Of a DNA stretch of 36,794 nt, positions 33,944-36,794 are shown in pieces (positions within the stretch are counted from its first letter, which is position 1; each line of letters starts with the position of its first letter). Made by a program: the position numbers and the translations under genes. The DNA lies in contig CAZLOF010000001.1 of assembly GCA_964560745.1 (NCBI GenBank), positions 1-36,794 on the forward strand, given 5' to 3'. This DNA is from an uncultured Thermoflexus sp. Lineage in GTDB: Bacteria; Chloroflexota; Anaerolineae; J036; Brachytrichaceae. The notes under the pieces are model-generated. The model ran no database searches, had not been told where the DNA came from, and was given only the letters and a program-made list of their open reading frames with translations.

Positions 33944-34506
33944 TGCCCCTTACCCTCTTTCGATAGCCATTGCATGCACATATGCCCAACAATCAGCTGC
34001 AAATCTTCCGCAATTTGCATATCGTTAATCCCAAAATGTATCGAATACTGCGCAATTTCTTTGCAGCGTCCCCCCGTATAGCCAAGGATGGCAAATGTAG
34101 CCATCCCGATCTTGTTACCAACCTCTAGTGCATTTACAACACTTGGAGAATTGCCGCTTCCCGAAAGAACGACTAGAACATCTCCGGGCCGCGCTTTGAC
34201 ACGAAGTTGCTCCGCGTAGATTTGGTCATAGCCACAATCGTTAGCCAAGCAAGTAATTACTGCAGGGTTGGCACTCAACGCCTCTACGTGCATTCCTCCA
34301 CCGTTTTCTATACCCACCCCGTAGAGAAAATCGTTTGCCAAATGAACCGCATTTCCTGCACTACCGCCGTTGCCACAAAAATATATCGCACTCCGATCAC
34401 GCCATGCGGTGCGCAAAGCTTCTCCAAAAACTGGAATCGTTTCCATCCCCGGCAGGGATAGCGCACCAATCAGCCTGTGGGTGTAGTCAGTAATATGTGC
34501 TTGCAT
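33940..34506 (-). CDS. gmhA: SIS-domain sedoheptulose-7-phosphate isomerase-like protein
   Basis: IYFCGNGGSAGNAVHLANDF and VLVVLSGSGNSPSV are GmhA-type SIS motifs. It is 188 aa and is the first gene of the long minus-strand array. Confidence 0.8.
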   Translation of the reverse strand: MQAHITDYTHRLIGALSLPGMETIPVFGEALRTAWRDRSAIYFCGNGGSAGNAVHLANDFLYGVGIENGGGMHVEALSANPAVITCLANDCGYDQIYAEQLRVKARPGDVLVVLSGSGNSPSVVNALEVGNKIGMATFAILGYTGGRCKEIAQYSIHFGINDMQIAEDLQLIVGHMCMQWLSKEGKGQ

Positions 34507-34573
34507 CGATAATTCCAGACAATCGGACGAAGCATTCTACCGGTTTGGAATACAAATTGCAGCATGGGGCAGG
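34507..34573 (-). promoter_or_regulatory. leader/promoter region of the 22-kb minus-strand array; contains TAGAAT (-10-like) inside an ops-like ACCGGTAGAATG
   Basis: Minus-strand reading: CCTGCCCCATGCTGCAATTTGTATTCCAAACCGGTAGAATGCTTCGTCCGATTGTCTGGAATTATCG, then ATG. TAGAAT lies at 34534-34539. The best -35 candidate is weak (CTGCAA, 17-nt spacer). An imperfect inverted repeat, TTCCAAAC / GTCTGGAA, flanks the element. Confidence 0.3.
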
Positions 34574-35509
34574 TCATACCGCACGGTACATGGCACCGAT
34601 GACAGATGCGGATGAAACGCCCCCCCACCCATCATTCGCCGCACACCGAACCATCAAATCCTCCGTCCCAGAGAACCGATCCAGATCCGACAGCATGATC
34701 GCCTCCAGCATCGCTGGCTTGCGAATTCCCAGCCACTCAGGCGCCGCCTTGCTCGACGTAAGACAATGCAGAAGCGCCTCGTAGTGCCCCTTGGGAAGAA
34801 TGATGCGATGCTTGGCCATGGCCTTCGCGATCCACTCGATGTTGGTGATCTTATGTCCGAGCAGACGACCTCGGTCGCTTAGCTTCCAGCTGCCATCGCT
34901 TTTCAGTAGATACTCGTCCGCCTTGCCCGCATCGTGGAGCAAACCCGCGAGCACGCCGAGCGGCGCGCTGGAGATGTCCTTGCGACCGCACCACTCGCGC
35001 ATCATCGCCGCCACGTCGATGGCGTGGGCGAGATTTCCATTGTCTCCGTTGTGATGCCCGTTCATTGACGAAGGCCCTGTGCAGAAGCGGCGGAACCGTT
35101 CGCCTTCCCAAAAGATCGCGTTGAACAGATGCCGGTGACCGCGCGGCAGAAGCTCAAGAAGGTCAGCCCCCTTTCTCACCAGGCTCCGATCCCGAACCCA
35201 CCCCGTTGGCACCAGATCGAAGAGGTTTTCAATCGGCACGGGATACTCAACCAGGACAAGCCGGCTGATGCGGATCGCGCCTTGCTCGCTCACCGGCGTC
35301 GTCGCGAGCCAGCGAGGCGAGACAAGGAGGTTCGACTTGATGCGTGTGTCCGGGCGGGCAGTCGTCCATTTCACGTTGAGCGAGGCGCGCTCGTGGAAGA
35401 GGGTGGCCGAACAATCGGTGCGTTTGTGATCGATCACTTTCGCCGAATAGCTTGTCAAACGAAAGATCGACGGCAACGACGGCAGATCAAGGTTGGTGAT
35501 TTCATCCAT
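34574..35509 (-). CDS. HD-domain phosphohydrolase/nuclease-like protein (YhaM / TraI_2-type HD core)
   Basis: PSSMNGHHNGDNGNLAHAIDVA and GLLHDAGK (the HD dyad), with later GHKITN and LSDLD. The N-terminal ~100 aa is beta-rich and could be an OB fold. The start is set at ATG 35509 (MDEITNLD), with GGAG 7 nt upstream, overlapping the integrase stop by 8 nt. Confidence 0.65.
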   Translation of the reverse strand: MDEITNLDLPSLPSIFRLTSYSAKVIDHKRTDCSATLFHERASLNVKWTTARPDTRIKSNLLVSPRWLATTPVSEQGAIRISRLVLVEYPVPIENLFDLVPTGWVRDRSLVRKGADLLELLPRGHRHLFNAIFWEGERFRRFCTGPSSMNGHHNGDNGNLAHAIDVAAMMREWCGRKDISSAPLGVLAGLLHDAGKADEYLLKSDGSWKLSDRGRLLGHKITNIEWIAKAMAKHRIILPKGHYEALLHCLTSSKAAPEWLGIRKPAMLEAIMLSDLDRFSGTEDLMVRCAANDGWGGVSSASVIGAMYRAV

Positions 35510-36794
35510 TTTTCTTCTCCATCGATTCATCGTTGGCGGCATTGCCCTCCTGGCCCACAGCGGAGATCGCGCCGCTCTGCAGCAGGAGACGTTCGAAGGC
35601 AGAGCCGTCCTTGCGGGTCAGGTTCGGGACGTAGCGGCTATAGACGCGGAAGAGCATCTCGGTCGTGCTGTGCCCCAGCTGGCGGGCAATCCATTCCGGC
35701 GCTTCGCCACTGGCCAGCCACAAGGTGGCTGCGGTATGCCGACATTGATAGGGCCGACGCACCTTGAGCCCGAGATAGCGAAGCAGGGGATTCCAGACGC
35801 GGCTGATGAAGTTCTTGTTGTCGAGCGGATCCCCGTTGCGGTTGCAGAACACATACTTCATGGCGCCGGTCGACTTGTGCTGTTCCTTCAGCGCGTCATA
35901 GACCACCTGGCTCATCTGGATGTCGCGCTGACTGGAATCGGTCTTGGTGTATTCGTCTTCGCCGAGAACAAAGGTTTCGCGGACGCGGATCTCCCGACGA
36001 TCGAAGTCGACATACTTCCACTGCAAGCCATGAACTTCGCCGGTACGCAGCCCGGTGAAGAAGCGAACGGAGAAGTAGTTGCGGAAATCCTGGCGGACGT
36101 TGGCGATGATCGCCTTCACTTCGTCCAGTGTGAAGGGATCGACATCGCTCTTCTTGACCTTCAGCTGCTTGATGTTCTGGAACGGCGAGCGATAGTCGAA
36201 TCGGTCGGCCGCTTCGTTGAGGATCTGGCGAATCGGATTGAGAATCCGGTTGATGCGGCTGCTCGACAGTTGCGTCGTTTTCTTCCGTGCCGGGACTTTG
36301 GCGAGTTGGGCACGGAAGGCAAGGATGTCCGCCTTGGTGATCTGGCCGACCGCTTTTTCTCCGAACTGGGGAATCAGGATCTTGGTGATGTCATCACGGA
36401 CGCGCGTCTTGTGGGAGCGACGCCATTCGATTTCCTTCTCGGCATACCAGGTTTCGGCGAACTCCTTGAAGAGCGGCGTCTGCGGACGGAACTGGTCGGC
36501 ATTGGCGGCATTGAGGATCGGCACCTCGGCACCAGCGAGTGCAACACCCAGGGTCGAAATGGCTTCGGCCATCGGTGCCTGGTCGAACTTGGCGGCGTTG
36601 CGGCTGGTGGGGAAGTAGCGGCGGTAGTCGAAGACCCCCACTGCGATATCGCTCTCGATTTTCTCAAGAAACTTTTCAAGACGCTTGCGATTGGCGGCCG
36701 TGTCGGGAAGCGCAGTGTATTCCCGGCAGCGCTCTCCTCGATACCGGAAATCGATGAACAGATTTCCGGTCTTGTCGAGTGTGCGAATGCTAGC
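35502..36794 (-). CDS. int: tyrosine site-specific recombinase (phage-type integrase) with Arm-type N-terminal DNA-binding domain; N-terminus beyond the right window edge
   Basis: Catalytic region: FFTGLRTGEVHGLQW (Arg), CRHTAATLWL (the His/Arg box typical of these integrases) and LGHSTTEMLFRVYSRY (His, Tyr). The track starts the ORF at GTG 36641, but the frame stays open to 36794: ASIRTLDKTGNLFIDFRYRGERCREYTALPDTAANRKRLEKFLEKIESDIAVGVFDY. This is the typical Arm-binding N-terminus (DUF3596-like), so the true start is off-window. Confidence 0.9.
   Translation of the reverse strand, partial: ASIRTLDKTGNLFIDFRYRGERCREYTALPDTAANRKRLEKFLEKIESDIAVGVFDYRRYFPTSRNAAKFDQAPMAEAISTLGVALAGAEVPILNAANADQFRPQTPLFKEFAETWYAEKEIEWRRSHKTRVRDDITKILIPQFGEKAVGQITKADILAFRAQLAKVPARKKTTQLSSSRINRILNPIRQILNEAADRFDYRSPFQNIKQLKVKKSDVDPFTLDEVKAIIANVRQDFRNYFSVRFFTGLRTGEVHGLQWKYVDFDRREIRVRETFVLGEDEYTKTDSSQRDIQMSQVVYDALKEQHKSTGAMKYVFCNRNGDPLDNKNFISRVWNPLLRYLGLKVRRPYQCRHTAATLWLASGEAPEWIARQLGHSTTEMLFRVYSRYVPNLTRKDGSAFERLLLQSGAISAVGQEGNAANDESMEKKNG

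Larger units (their letters stand above)
34574..36794 (-). mobile_element. integrase module (int + HD-domain gene) of a putative integrative element; extent and att sites not determinable from the window
   Basis: The two genes are translationally coupled. Sampled lines show an abrupt composition change at about 34.5 kb (65% GC at 35281-35340 versus 45% at 33961-34020). I identified no att repeat or tRNA in the window. Confidence 0.4.

Noticed and set aside
1-36794. A search by eye for tRNA, rRNA, CRISPR repeats, IS inverted repeats or long tandem repeats.
   Set aside because: None was seen. Coding density leaves no gap larger than about 120 nt, and I noticed no periodic repeat structure. Small or diverged direct repeats such as att sites cannot be excluded without computation.

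Overview
This window is densely coding, with no non-coding gap longer than about 120 nt. I found no rRNA, tRNA, CRISPR array or IS element. About 34 kb is a Gram-negative-type surface-glycan locus (O-antigen or LPS-like) that uses an ABC-transporter export route: Wzm/Wzt are present, and no Wzx, Wzy, Wzz or WaaL is visible.

The left flank is a UPF0149/YecA-like gene that runs off the window and is missing from the ORF track. The right flank is a tyrosine integrase whose Arm-type N-terminus runs off the window. The integrase is translationally coupled to an HD-domain protein.

There are three transcription blocks:
- Minus strand, 7524 to 1: an HldE-like protein, an NDP-sugar transferase, two GT2 enzymes, an atypical SDR, a WecA/WbpL-like initiating transferase, CysC, a small membrane protein and UPF0149.
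- Plus strand, 7642 to 12089: a methyltransferase, a DHH/DHHA1 phosphoesterase and a glycosyltransferase-FkbM fusion.
- Minus strand, 34506 to 12086: a 21-gene array with mostly overlapping or tiny junctions.

The most notable content is:
- Nine methyltransferase-type domains, two of them TylC3-like C-methyltransferase architectures.
- A sulfation set: APS kinase, a methyltransferase-linker-sulfotransferase fusion, and a candidate PAP phosphatase.
- Heptose-pathway genes built from unusual parts.
- An AT-rich block encoding a radical SAM enzyme, a 132-aa orphan protein, a 2OG/Fe(II) oxygenase, a split transketolase and a HAD-kinase fusion. I consider this block the best candidate for undescribed sugar chemistry.

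All family calls rest on motifs I read in the translations and on memory of the families. No searches were run.
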